Source: Verrucomicrobiales bacterium (GTDB lineage: Bacteria > Verrucomicrobiota > Verrucomicrobiia > Limisphaerales > SXTU01). Taken from it: 57,321 nt of DNA. The notes under the pieces are model-generated. The model had not been told where the DNA came from. It was given only the letters and a program-made list of their open reading frames with translations, and ran no database searches. The stretch is from positions 1 to 57,321 of the forward strand of contig SXTU01000167.1 of NCBI GenBank assembly GCA_005791875.1, in the 5' to 3' direction. Within the stretch, counting starts at the first letter, position 1, and every line of letters starts with the position of its first letter. Of this stretch, positions 30,139 through 43,272 are shown piece by piece. The position numbers and the translations under genes are program-made.

Positions 30139-31382
30139 GCGCGGAACTTCGGAAACAAATCCCCCTTCGGCCAGTCCTTCACCGCATCAGCGGCGCGGTG
30201 GAGCGCAGGATCAATTTTGCCATCGGCCTTGCGGTCCTTGCTGCGCTGGTTGAAGAGCATCACCCAGCTCAGGCCGTCCCAGCGGCGCACGAGCATCGTG
30301 TAGGTGCCGGGCAGGCTGCCGGAGTGCCAGTAGTTCGCCTTGCCCGGCTGCGCGACGATGGGGCGCGTCAGCCAGCCGCAGCAGTAGTAAGTCCCTATAA
30401 GCGGACCTTCCTCGGTGCGCGCGACACTCGCGGGCGGCGGGGCGTGCAGCTCGCGCCAGGTCGCGGGCTTCAGGAGCGGGCACTTCTCCGGGTCCTGCAT
30501 CGCGGTGGAAAATCGCGCGAGGTCCACCGCGCTCGCGAGCCAAGCGCCGTGCGCGTCCATGGCTTCGAGGTTGAACGCGCCGTAAGGCCACGGGACTTTG
30601 GGCGGCAGGCCGGGGAAGACGCTCTCGGCTGTCTCCGACTCGGGCATGTAGTAGCGGACTTCGCCCGGAGCGCGTCCAGCTTCGAGCGAGCGGCCCAGAC
30701 GCATGGACTTGATGCCGGCGGGCGCGAGGACAACTTCCTTCACGTAGTCCTCGTAGGATTTCCCCGTGAGCTTCTCGATGACGCGGCCCAGCACGCAGTA
30801 GCCGAAGTTCGAGTAGGCGTAGCGCGTGCCGGGATCGAAATCCAGCGGCTGGCCCATCATGTAGCGGATGACCGCGCCCGGCCCGGCGGGCGCGGACTCG
30901 CCGACGGCGGTGGCGATGACCTTGGGGCGGAACATCGGGTCGTAGGTCTTGTCGCGATCCCAGCCGCCGGTGTGCTGCAGGCATTGGCGGATGGTGACGG
31001 TGCGCAGTCGCGGGTCGGGCTTCCCGTCAGGCAATGAATTGAGCGCGATGAAGTCGAACGCTCGGTCGTCGAGCTTGAGCTTCGCCTGCTTGACGAGCTT
31101 GAGCACGGCGACGGCGGTCACGGGCTTGGAGATGCGGAAGATCGAGGTCGGCTCGACGCGTTGCTGGCGCTCCTTGTCCGCCCATCCGTAGCCGCGCGCA
31201 TGGACGAGCCGGCCGTCCTTCACCACCGCGAGAGTGCCGCGGGGGATTTTTCGGGCCGCCATGAAGCCCGCCACCTTCTGGTCGAAGCTGTTCAGCGCTT
31301 GCTCCGGCTCGGCGGCAAGGCACCGTCAGCCCGACACAATGGCCGCCATCGTGCAGTTGGCCACGAAGTGACGGCGGTGCAT
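30135..31382 (-). pseudogene. Beta-lactamase-family serine hydrolase, probably inactivated
   Basis: MHRRHF... Tat signal with in-frame TGA at 31326-31328; SxxK motif reduced to FRISKP; YSNFGY and HSGS retained. Confidence 0.75.
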
Positions 31383-31486
31383 GCCAGTGGTTTCCGCGAA
31401 GCAGCGCCCGGACGGAAGGGAGTAAAAGCTTGGCTTTGCCCGGTGTGTCTGGCAATTGAAAGCCACATTTTAATTCCCCACCGCCT

Positions 31487-32464
31487 ATGACTTGGTATTA
31501 CGCCCTCGGCCTGCAGCAGCAGGGACCCGTCTCCGATGACCAGTTGCAGGGCCTCGTCAAGGATGGCGTCGTCACCGGCGACACGCTCGTCTGGCGCGAG
31601 GGCATGGCCAACTGGCTGCCTTACCGTGCGGTCGCCCCGCCGGGCAGTCTCCCGACAGCAGTGGGGTCTAGCGATCCCGTCGCGCCCGCACCGACGGCCG
31701 CAGGACAGTCAGCGGGAGCCACGTTTAATCAACGTAAGTCGGAGGCTGAATTTTTTCAGACTGACTACACAGTCTCCATTGGCCAGGCGTGGTCACGCGC
31801 GTGGAAAACGTTCAGCAGCAAGGCTGGTTTGATGATTGGTGGCGGGCTGCTGCTGCTGCTGGTCAGCCTGGTCGGGGGGGCTATTCCATTCGTCAGCCTG
31901 ATTATTGCTGGTCCGCTGGGCGGCGGACTTTATTGGCTCTACCTGCGTTGTGTGCGTGGCGAGGAAGCGAGTGTGGGCGATGGATTCGCCGGATTTGGCC
32001 CGCGCTTCCTGCAGCTCATGCTGGGGCATATCGTGCCTCTATCGCTGACCATGCTCTCGCTGGTTCCGGGCATTCTGATTCTCGTGGTGGGCGGGTTGAC
32101 CAGTGCGGCGGCAAAGCGAGGCGATCTGCAAGCCATTGGAGGCGGCATACTCATCGCGGGTGGCCTGCTCTGCCTGGCTGGCCTGGTGGTCTGTGTTTAT
32201 TTTGGCGTGTCATGGTCTATGACCTTGCTGTTGATCATGGACAAGCGCCTCGATTTCTGGCGGGCCATGGGCTTCAGCCGCAAGCGGGTGGGGCAGCATT
32301 TCTTCCGCGTGCTGATTTTTTTCGTGATGACTTCGTTGGTTTCTATCGTTGGGGTTCTGGCGCTCGGAGTGGGATTGCTGGTCAGCGTGCCGGTGGCGCT
32401 GGGCATGATCGCCTGCCTCTATGAGGACATGTTTCGTGAGTTCGACCCCGTGCCGCACGGTTGA
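31487..32464 (+). CDS. GYF_2 (DUF4339) domain membrane protein
   Basis: WYY...QQQGPVS...TLVWREGMANW followed by several transmembrane helices. Confidence 0.85.
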   Translation: MTWYYALGLQQQGPVSDDQLQGLVKDGVVTGDTLVWREGMANWLPYRAVAPPGSLPTAVGSSDPVAPAPTAAGQSAGATFNQRKSEAEFFQTDYTVSIGQAWSRAWKTFSSKAGLMIGGGLLLLLVSLVGGAIPFVSLIIAGPLGGGLYWLYLRCVRGEEASVGDGFAGFGPRFLQLMLGHIVPLSLTMLSLVPGILILVVGGLTSAAAKRGDLQAIGGGILIAGGLLCLAGLVVCVYFGVSWSMTLLLIMDKRLDFWRAMGFSRKRVGQHFFRVLIFFVMTSLVSIVGVLALGVGLLVSVPVALGMIACLYEDMFREFDPVPHG

Positions 32465-32473
32465 TTGCCTGTC

Positions 32474-33169
32474 ATGCCGCTGCTGGAAATCAGCCATCTG
32501 AAAAAATCCTACGCCACGCCCGAGGGTGGTGTTCACGTCGTTGTGGACGTGCCGGAGTTTAAGCTGGATCCGCAGGTGCAGGTGGCGTTGAGCGGCGAGA
32601 GCGGCTCGGGCAAGACGACCTTCCTCAATCTCATCGCCGGCATCCTCGCCCCCGACACCGGCTCCATCAAACTCAACGGCCTCGAACTCGGCGGCTTGCA
32701 CGAGTCGTCGCGCGACCGCGTCCGCGCGACGACGATCGGCTACATCTTCCAGACCTTTAACCTGCTCCAGGGCTACACCGCGCTGGAGAACGTGCTGCTC
32801 GGCATGAGCTTCGGCCCCGGCGCGGACCGCGAGTTCGCGAAGTCCTTGCTCCAGCGTGTGGGGCTGGACGGCAAGCTGAACCATCTGCCGCGCCAGCTCT
32901 CCACCGGCCAGCAGCAACGCGTCGCCGTCGCGCGTGCGTTGGCAAACCGGCCCAAGCTAGTCCTCGCCGACGAACCGACCGGCAACCTCGACCACACCAA
33001 CGCAGGCGAGTCGCTCAAACTCATCCGCGAAGCCTGCCGCGAAAACGGCGCGGCACTCCTCCTCGTTAGCCACGACCGCGAGGTGCTGGGGCAGTTCGAG
33101 TTGGTTCAAGAGCTGGGAAAACTGAACCGGGCGGCGAGGGAATGCGCACCAAGGCCCAATTCCAAATGA
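32474..33169 (+). CDS. ABC transporter ATP-binding protein (LolD/MacB-like)
   Basis: [29 protein letters not shown]. Confidence 0.93.
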   Translation: MPLLEISHLKKSYATPEGGVHVVVDVPEFKLDPQVQVALSGESGSGKTTFLNLIAGILAPDTGSIKLNGLELGGLHESSRDRVRATTIGYIFQTFNLLQGYTALENVLLGMSFGPGADREFAKSLLQRVGLDGKLNHLPRQLSTGQQQRVAVARALANRPKLVLADEPTGNLDHTNAGESLKLIREACRENGAALLLVSHDREVLGQFELVQELGKLNRAARECAPRPNSK

Positions 33170-33287
33170 CCAAAGAATGCCCAATGCCCAATGTCCGCCA
33201 CGGCCTCGCGGTGACGTCGGTGGCGGGGCCTTGGTCATTGAGCCTTGGTCATTCATTGGTCATTGTCCATTGGTCATTGGTCATTCC
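33139..33287. repeat. Inverted heptamer arms (aatgacc/aatgccc versus ggtcatt)
   Basis: Spans the ATPase stop codon and ends 3 nt before the permease ATG. Confidence 0.8.
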
Positions 33288-33290
33288 CCC

Positions 33291-34490
33291 ATGACACTTC
33301 CGCTCATCGTCGCCAAATCGCTTCGGCAGCACCTGCTCTCCACGGTGGTGACCGCAGCGTCCATCGCGCTCGCGGGTGGCCTGCTCATGGCGGTCTGGGT
33401 GGTGAAGACGCAGTCCAACGACGCGTTCACGAAGCAGAACGCGGGCTTCGACGCCGTGCTCGGCGCGCGCAGCGCCAAGCTCCAACTCGTGCTCAACGCC
33501 ATCTTCCACCTCGAAGCCTCTCCGGGGAATCTGCCGTGGACCGATTACGAAGACATCGCGAAGAGCGCCGCCGTCGCGCTCGCGCTGCCCATCGCCGTCG
33601 GCGACAACTACCACGGCTACCGGCTCGTCGGCACGACCACGAATCTCTTTGCCGTCGAGCACGCGCCGGGACGGAAGTATCGTGTCGCAGAAGGAGAGCC
33701 GTTCGCAGCCGGTTACATGGAAGCCGTGCTCGGCAGCTTCGCGGCACGGCAGTTGAAGCTGAAGGTCGGGGACAAGTTTCAGCCTTACCACGGCCTGAAC
33801 TTCGACCCGAACCAACAGCACGAGGAGCAATACGTCGTCACCGGCATACTCGAACCCTCGAACACACCCGCCGACCGCGTCATCTGGATCCCGCTCGAAG
33901 GCGTGCAACACATGAAGGGCCACGACGCCAAGGCCGCCACCGAGATCAGCGCCGTGCTCGTGAAGCTCAAGAACCCCATCGCCGGGCGCGGGCTGGAGCT
34001 GATGTATAACAAGCAGGGCAACCGGCTGACCTTCGCATGGCCCATCGCGCAGGTGGTCGCCGAGCTGTTCGGCAAGATCGCGTGGTTCGACAAGGTGCTG
34101 GAACTCGTCGCGTGGCTCGTCGCCGCCGTGGCGACCGGCTCCGTGCTCGCGAGCATCTACAACTCGATGAACGAGCGTCGCCGCGACATCGCCATCCTGC
34201 GGGCGCTCGGCGCACGGGCGCACACGATCTTCCTCGCCGTCGTGCTGGAGTGCGCGGCCATCGCGGTGCTGGGCATGGTCGCGGCGTTCGCGGTGTATCT
34301 GGGCATCACCGGCGTGGCGGCGGGCATCATCCGCGCGGAGACCGGCGTGGTCCTCAACGCCTTCGCGTGGCACCCGATTCTGGCCTGGGCACCGGCGGCG
34401 ATGATCGGCCTGAGCGCGCTGGCCGGCGTGATTCCGGCGGTGAAGGCGTATCGGACCAACGTGGCGGAGAACTTGGTGCCGGTGTCGTGA
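33291..34490 (+). CDS. ABC transporter permease (FtsX/MacB family)
   Basis: N-terminal TM, periplasmic domain, ERRRDIAILRALGA, C-terminal TMs. Confidence 0.9.
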   Translation: MTLPLIVAKSLRQHLLSTVVTAASIALAGGLLMAVWVVKTQSNDAFTKQNAGFDAVLGARSAKLQLVLNAIFHLEASPGNLPWTDYEDIAKSAAVALALPIAVGDNYHGYRLVGTTTNLFAVEHAPGRKYRVAEGEPFAAGYMEAVLGSFAARQLKLKVGDKFQPYHGLNFDPNQQHEEQYVVTGILEPSNTPADRVIWIPLEGVQHMKGHDAKAATEISAVLVKLKNPIAGRGLELMYNKQGNRLTFAWPIAQVVAELFGKIAWFDKVLELVAWLVAAVATGSVLASIYNSMNERRRDIAILRALGARAHTIFLAVVLECAAIAVLGMVAAFAVYLGITGVAAGIIRAETGVVLNAFAWHPILAWAPAAMIGLSALAGVIPAVKAYRTNVAENLVPVS

Positions 34491-34727
34491 ACCCATCTCG
34501 TAACGAGATTCAGTGAGCCGGCTCCGGAACCACGACGCGCTATGTCTCCCTCTCCCTTCATCGGATGAGGGGAGAGGGCCGGGGTGAGGGCTTACGCGCG
34601 TCGGCGTAGGTGGCCCCGCCCCTCATCCGGCCTGCGGCCACCTTCTCCCCTCCTCCGAGGAAGGGAGAAGGCTCGCTCCGTGGCCCTCGCTTGGCATTCC
34701 ACCGCACGCCGTCGGGGATTGGCATGA
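34488..34727. mobile_element. 240-bp MITE-like element, copy 2 (inverted)
   Basis: Similar to the reverse complement of 862-1101, same length; begins at the permease TGA. Confidence 0.75.
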
Positions 34728-34751
34728 GTCGCGCGGCCACCAGCTCTTCAT

Positions 34752-35330
34752 TCAAACACCCAGGTCCGCCCCGCCTTCTTCAGTGGCGGGCTTGATGCCG
34801 AGCTTCTCCCAGCCCTCGCGCCCGAGGTCGTTCAACGTCGCGCGGTTCCGTTCGTAGATGCTCTCCGCGGCGGGGAAGGCGTCCACCGCTTGGGCGATGC
34901 TGGCCTCACGCAGCAGGTGCAGTGTGGGATGCGGCGCGCGGTTGGTGAGGTTGCCGAGGTCGTCCGGTTCAGCGTCGGCGAACTGGTAGTCCGGGTGAAA
35001 ACTCGCCACTTGGATCACGCCGGTGAAGCCGGCCTTACGCACGGCCGCCTCGGTGCGCGGGAGGAAAGTCTGGAACGCAAAGAACTCCTGCAACACCTGA
35101 GGATGGATGAGCAGGGTGTTGTCTGTCACGTCCGCCGGAGTGGCCGCGAGGTGACTCAACTCCGCGCGCAAGTCCGCGAGCAACTGCTCCTCCGTCCTCG
35201 CCTGGCTCACGACGTAACGCACCTGCCCGCGCCGCTCCACCGCCTTGGCAAACGGACAAAGGTTCAGCCCGATAACCGCGCGCTCCACCCAATGCCGGGT
35301 GGCGGCGATGATGGCCGCGTCCTGGCTCAC
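34752..35330 (-). CDS. DUF1415 family protein
   Basis: VIGLNLCPFA, QVASFHPDYQF, TNRAPHPTLHLLRE; GTG overlaps the upstream TGA. Confidence 0.9.
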   Translation of the reverse strand: MSQDAAIIAATRHWVERAVIGLNLCPFAKAVERRGQVRYVVSQARTEEQLLADLRAELSHLAATPADVTDNTLLIHPQVLQEFFAFQTFLPRTEAAVRKAGFTGVIQVASFHPDYQFADAEPDDLGNLTNRAPHPTLHLLREASIAQAVDAFPAAESIYERNRATLNDLGREGWEKLGIKPATEEGGADLGV

Positions 35331-36553
35331 GGGCGCATCCACTTGATGAACCAATCCACCGCCGCCTGCCGCGCCTCGACCGTGACCTTGTGCCCGGTCT
35401 GCGGCTGGAGGATGACTTGCAGCTTCGGCTCCGCATCGGCTGCGCGGTAAGCGGTGCGCGCGGTGGCGAGGCACTCGTTCACGCCCGGCATGGGTGTGCG
35501 CGGGTCGGTGTCGCCGTTGATGACCAGCAGCGGGCGCGGCGCGATGAGCGGGAGCATCGCCGGGCCGTCGAACTCGCCGTAGATGCCGGGCACCACGCGG
35601 TCGTAGAAGCGGCGGACAAACGCGGCGTTGACGGTTTCCCCCTCGTCCTTTGCGGCGGCGTCGATGGCGGGCTTGAACGTCTCCACGCGCGAGCGCCAGC
35701 TCTCGTTGTCCAGCGCCCACTTGAAACTCTGCACGCCGATGCACGGCACAACGACCGCGATGCGCGGGTCGGCGGCGGCGGCGAGGTAGCCTTCCATCCC
35801 GCCCTTCGAGAAGCCGATGAGCCCGATGCGCGCGGCGTCCACGTCGTCGCGCGTGCCGAGGTAGTCCACGAGCCGCATCACGTCCCACGCCGTGTCGTAG
35901 AGAAAGGGAAGTTTCTTGCTGCCAAACCACGCGTTGAGAATCGCCTCGTGATACTCGGCGGAACCGCTGCCCGCCTTGGTGCGCGCGCCGTGGTGCCGTC
36001 CATCAATCGCCACCGCGAGGAAGCCGCGCTTGGCGAGGTCAGTCAGCAGCGAGAGCTGGCTCTCTTTGTTCGCCCCAGTGCCGTGCAGGACGATGACAAC
36101 GGGCCGGCGGCCTTGGGTCTCAGCGCGCTTTAGCAGCAAGCCCGGCACGCGGACTCCGGCTTCGGCGGCGAAGGAAAAGTGCGTCGCGCGCAAGCCGTTC
36201 GTCCCGGCGGGCGGCTTGACCTCAACAGCCAGCTCGACGCGCGGGCGGTCGAGGAGCTTGAGGAAGGCGGCACGGGTGTCGGCGGGCTCGGCGGCGCTGG
36301 TTGAAGCCAGCACAGCACAGCACAGTGCCAACAAAAGGGAGAAAGGGTCGAACGGCTTGCCCTCCGCAATTAGACGCTGAATGTGTCGCTTTACGGACTT
36401 TGCTGCGAACTCCCCCACGGCTCGTTCCTGCTGTTCCTCTTCTTCATCAGGTGCCAACGCTTTGGGCCACTGCTCGGGAGTGAGGGGAGGATTCGGGGGC
36501 AACTCTGCGTCGAGCACGAGGGGATACTGCCAGATGCCTTCGCGGCTTGTCAT
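35327..36553 (-). CDS. Alpha/beta hydrolase (dienelactone/acetylxylan esterase-like) with a foreign-looking N-terminal extension
   Basis: VLHG, GFSKGG nucleophile elbow, PRPLLVING, GH; the signal-peptide-like stretch begins only about 72 residues in. Confidence 0.75.
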   Translation of the reverse strand: MTSREGIWQYPLVLDAELPPNPPLTPEQWPKALAPDEEEEQQERAVGEFAAKSVKRHIQRLIAEGKPFDPFSLLLALCCAVLASTSAAEPADTRAAFLKLLDRPRVELAVEVKPPAGTNGLRATHFSFAAEAGVRVPGLLLKRAETQGRRPVVIVLHGTGANKESQLSLLTDLAKRGFLAVAIDGRHHGARTKAGSGSAEYHEAILNAWFGSKKLPFLYDTAWDVMRLVDYLGTRDDVDAARIGLIGFSKGGMEGYLAAAADPRIAVVVPCIGVQSFKWALDNESWRSRVETFKPAIDAAAKDEGETVNAAFVRRFYDRVVPGIYGEFDGPAMLPLIAPRPLLVINGDTDPRTPMPGVNECLATARTAYRAADAEPKLQVILQPQTGHKVTVEARQAAVDWFIKWMRP

Positions 36554-36577
36554 GCCGTAATCACGCCGTCCCACACC

Positions 36578-36811
36578 TCACTTGCCACGCTTTGGATACA
36601 ATGCCAAGAGGTCAACTTGCAGCGCTTCCGCAAGCACGACGAGTTCCCCATCCGTCACGCAACGCAGTTGAGCTTCAATCTTGGAAAGTGTCCCTCGGCT
36701 CAAATCCAAACCACGCACCGAACACCTGGCGGCAAACATCTCCTGCGTCAGGTCCTGCTGATAACGCAGTTTCCTGATTTGAGGCCCGACGATGTTCTTG
36801 GGCGCAGCCAT
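36578..36811 (-). CDS. XRE-family HTH regulator
   Basis: IRKLRYQQDLTQEMFAAR...LSKIE. Confidence 0.8.
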   Translation of the reverse strand: MAAPKNIVGPQIRKLRYQQDLTQEMFAARCSVRGLDLSRGTLSKIEAQLRCVTDGELVVLAEALQVDLLALYPKRGK

Positions 36812-36946
36812 GCTCCGAAAACGGAGCTTGACTGTGTTCGTGTCCTGCGTGCGAATTGCTCTGTTTTCAGAGCAGGTTGCTTTCTGCCCAACGGTTCGTC
36901 GGGTCCATGCGGTCCGTGAAACACCAAATAAGAACGGAGAATCAAA

Positions 36947-37393
36947 ATGAAGAGCATTAAGACATTCGCATCAATACTGGCCGCATCCTTGGCTGTGGGG
37001 TGCGCGTCGACGAACTTCATCGAGTATCGCGGCCCCGACTTGGTGCAAGGGACCGGCGGAACCGTGAGAACCGTTGACGGGATAGAATTTTGGGAGAACG
37101 GCAACCCAAACCGAAAAGTCAAAATCTTAGGTGTAATTGATGACAAGCGAGCAGACGGACTCTTCTCTAAATCGTCTCGTGACTCGGCACTGGCCAAAAC
37201 GGCCAAGTCGAAGGGCGGAGACGCCGTGGTCTTGATGGATAGTAATCGACAAGCTGAGGGCTTCAGTGGAAGAGGCACGGTTTATTCCCCTCAACGAGGT
37301 CCCAATCGAGGAAGCACGGCATCCTTCAAACACGGAGGCAGCGTTGTTTACAGTGTTTCAACCAAGGTGATGGTTGTGAAATACACAGACTAA
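36947..37393 (+). CDS. Hypothetical lipoprotein
   Basis: Lipobox LAVGC, AKSKGGDAVV segment, low GC, GGAG RBS. Confidence 0.75.
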   Translation: MKSIKTFASILAASLAVGCASTNFIEYRGPDLVQGTGGTVRTVDGIEFWENGNPNRKVKILGVIDDKRADGLFSKSSRDSALAKTAKSKGGDAVVLMDSNRQAEGFSGRGTVYSPQRGPNRGSTASFKHGGSVVYSVSTKVMVVKYTD

Positions 37394-37443
37394 ATTTCGC
37401 GCGGACTCTCTGCCTGAAGGGCCATGTGCAGCAATGCGCTCTC

Positions 37444-38889
37444 TCATCCGGTAATCCTCCGGTAAATCTCGCCCTCGTTCATCGTCGCGCGCTCGGGGCG
37501 GCCCTTGTAGCTGTAAACCAGGTTCTCGTGGTTGATGCCGAGCAGGTGGAGGATCGTCGCGTGCAGGTCGTGGACGTGCATCCGGTCCTCGACCGCGTGC
37601 AGGCCGAACTCGTCCGTGGTGCCGATGGTTTGGCCGCCTTTCACGCCGCCGCCAGCCATCCACATCGTGAAGCCGGTCGGGTTGTGGTCGCGGCCGTCGC
37701 CCTTTTCGCTCATCGGCGTGCGGCCAAACTCGCCGCCCCAGATGACGAGCGTCGAGTCGAGCAGGCCGCGCGATTTCAAATCTTTCAACAGGCCGGCCAC
37801 GGGCTGGTCCGTCTCGCGGAAGCGGTCACCGTGGTTCTTCTCGATGCCGCTGTGCGCGTCCCACTTGCTGCCCGCGCCGCTGTAGAGCTGCACGAAACGC
37901 ACGCCGCGCTCGACGAGCCGACGAGAGAGCAGGCACATGCGGCCGAACGGCGCGGCGACCGAGTCATCCATACCGTAGAGCTTCTTCGTCGCCTCGGTTT
38001 CCTTCGCGAGGTCCACGGTCTCGGGGGCCTCCGCCTGCATGCGGAAGGCGAGTTCGTAGGCGGCGATGCGGGCGTCGAGCTCCGACTGCTGCGGGCGCGC
38101 GGCGGCGTGCTGGCGGTTGACGGTGTTGAGGAAGTCGAGCTTGGCGCGCTGCTGCTCGTCGCTGACGCCTTCGGGCGTATTGAGGTTCGCGATGGGTTCG
38201 TTGCCAGGCAGGATGCGCGTGCCCTGATACACGGCGGGCATGAAGCCGGCGCCCCAATTGCGCGGGCCGTTCACGACGGTGCCGTTGTTGTCCTGCATCG
38301 CCACGAAAGCCGGGAGATTCTGGTTCAGCGTGCCCAGGCCGTAGCTCACCCACGCGCCGAGGGAGGGCCGGCCCGCGAGGATGGAGCCGGTGTTCATCTG
38401 GCAGACGCCGTTGGAGTGGACGATGCCGTTGGCCCAACAGGACCGCAGCACGGCGATGTCGTCGGCGGACTCGGCGACGTGCTTGCACCAGTCGGAAATC
38501 CAGAGGCCGCTCTGGCCGTATTGCTTCCACTGGCGCTGGTCGGGGAAAATGGGCGAGTTGTATTCGCCCATCGCGGTGATGAGGCCCTTGGTGAAGCTGG
38601 GCGGCAACGGCTTGCCGGCGTGCCTCTTCAAGGACTCTTTCGGGTCGAAGGTGTCGAGATGGCTCGGCCCGCCCTCCATGAAGAGGAAGATGACGCTCTT
38701 GGCCTTCGCCGCGTAATGACCGAGCCGGGGCGCGAGGGGCGAGTTGACGGGAGCCGTCGGCGCGGCGGTGAGCGGGTTCTCCGCAAGCAGCGAACTCAGC
38801 GCCACCGCGCCAAACCCCCCGCCGGTCTTGGTGAGGAAGTCGCGGCGGGAAAACGCCCAATCAACTTGGTTGCAGCCGTATTTCTTCAT
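37444..38889 (-). CDS. DUF1501 protein (Tat)
   Basis: SRRDFL, FMEGGPSHLDTFDPK, WDAH, GEFGRTP, GRDH. Confidence 0.93.
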   Translation of the reverse strand: MKKYGCNQVDWAFSRRDFLTKTGGGFGAVALSSLLAENPLTAAPTAPVNSPLAPRLGHYAAKAKSVIFLFMEGGPSHLDTFDPKESLKRHAGKPLPPSFTKGLITAMGEYNSPIFPDQRQWKQYGQSGLWISDWCKHVAESADDIAVLRSCWANGIVHSNGVCQMNTGSILAGRPSLGAWVSYGLGTLNQNLPAFVAMQDNNGTVVNGPRNWGAGFMPAVYQGTRILPGNEPIANLNTPEGVSDEQQRAKLDFLNTVNRQHAAARPQQSELDARIAAYELAFRMQAEAPETVDLAKETEATKKLYGMDDSVAAPFGRMCLLSRRLVERGVRFVQLYSGAGSKWDAHSGIEKNHGDRFRETDQPVAGLLKDLKSRGLLDSTLVIWGGEFGRTPMSEKGDGRDHNPTGFTMWMAGGGVKGGQTIGTTDEFGLHAVEDRMHVHDLHATILHLLGINHENLVYSYKGRPERATMNEGEIYRRITG

Positions 38890-38894
38890 GGCAC

Positions 38895-42197
<3,303 letters not shown>

Positions 42198-42280
42198 CGC
42201 GTGGTTTTGACGGTGGCCAGTATGCACCGGATTCGCTGAGTGTCAGCAGCAGTTTCGGGCTGAATGCCCGGCGACATCGT

Positions 42281-43150
42281 TTATGTAAGCGGCAGTTCAG
42301 CACTCCCAGCCGACGGAGGCGCGGCAACTGTCGCTGGCTGCACTGGCAGCGGGGCCTTGGGCGCGTCGAGCAAGACCAGCGCGGGCCGCAGCATCTGGCC
42401 TTGGAACGTGTAGCCGGTGGCCACGGTCTCGAAAATCTTCGCGTCGTCGGGGATGTCCTTGCGCCCGTCCGCCCTCTGGTGCTGGCCGGGTTCGAAGCCA
42501 TCGCCCGCCGCCGGCGCGAACGCGACCAGGCCGATGCGTCGCGCGGCATCGCGGCAGGCGTTCTGGAAGTGCGCGAGCTGCTCGATAAGGGTTTGCTGGC
42601 CGGAGTGCTGGGCCGCGCGTTGGAGCGCATAGACGTGGTCCAGCACTCGCACGAGCACGTGGAGCCAGTCGGTCTCGGAGCGCTTGAGCTTCTCGACTTC
42701 GAGCCGGAGCGTGGCCTTCTCGGAGTCGTTGGCCTTCTTCATGAAGTCGGCGAAGCGCAGCGCCTCCTGCGACATCTCCTCGGAAACCTGCTTCGCGGAC
42801 TCGATGGCCTTGGCGTTGTGCTCCTGCACGTTCTGCCACTGAGCGGTGGCTATGGTGATCTGCGTGGCGACCTTCTCGAGGTTTTGAATCTGGTGCGCCG
42901 CAGACTGAAGCTTGTCCAGCTCGTCGAGCTTGGTGGCGTTTTGCGCGTCGTTGTAGAAGGGAAGAATGGCAACCCACGCCGCGCCGCCGACGGCGGCCAG
43001 GGCCAGCACCGCCATCCAGATGTTGATGGGCTTGTCGCTCTTTTCAACGATCCACCAAGCCGCGTAGTCCAAGGCCGCCGCGCTCACCAGACACACGACG
43101 AATGAAAGCGACGGCCAGCGGGCCAGACGTGTTTCCGATCGGTCACTCAT
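42281..43150 (-). CDS. Membrane-anchored coiled-coil protein with C-terminal GrpE-like domain
   Basis: Two N-terminal hydrophobic helices, heptad region, GDGFEPGQHQ...ETVATGYTFQGQMLRPALV. Confidence 0.75.
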   Translation of the reverse strand: MSDRSETRLARWPSLSFVVCLVSAAALDYAAWWIVEKSDKPINIWMAVLALAAVGGAAWVAILPFYNDAQNATKLDELDKLQSAAHQIQNLEKVATQITIATAQWQNVQEHNAKAIESAKQVSEEMSQEALRFADFMKKANDSEKATLRLEVEKLKRSETDWLHVLVRVLDHVYALQRAAQHSGQQTLIEQLAHFQNACRDAARRIGLVAFAPAAGDGFEPGQHQRADGRKDIPDDAKIFETVATGYTFQGQMLRPALVLLDAPKAPLPVQPATVAAPPSAGSAELPLT

Positions 43151-43272
43151 GGCGGCGAAGGGTAGGGCGAACGCGCAAAGTTCAAAGGGCAAAGTTCTCC
43201 GCGTGCCGCACGGTCTTCCGGTTTCTCCGCGCTTGTGCCGCCCGTGCTGGTTGCATAGCTTTTCGCCCTGTG

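Noticed and set aside
25173-31328. Genome-wide TGA recoding (Trp/Gly) or selenocysteine, suggested by two in-frame TGAs
   Set aside because: Many conserved genes here end properly at TGA (coaD, trmD, khpA), neither site is a catalytic Cys position, and the hydrolase has a second lesion.
33139-33287. CRISPR array
   Set aside because: The units are 7-mers without unique spacers, and there are no cas genes.
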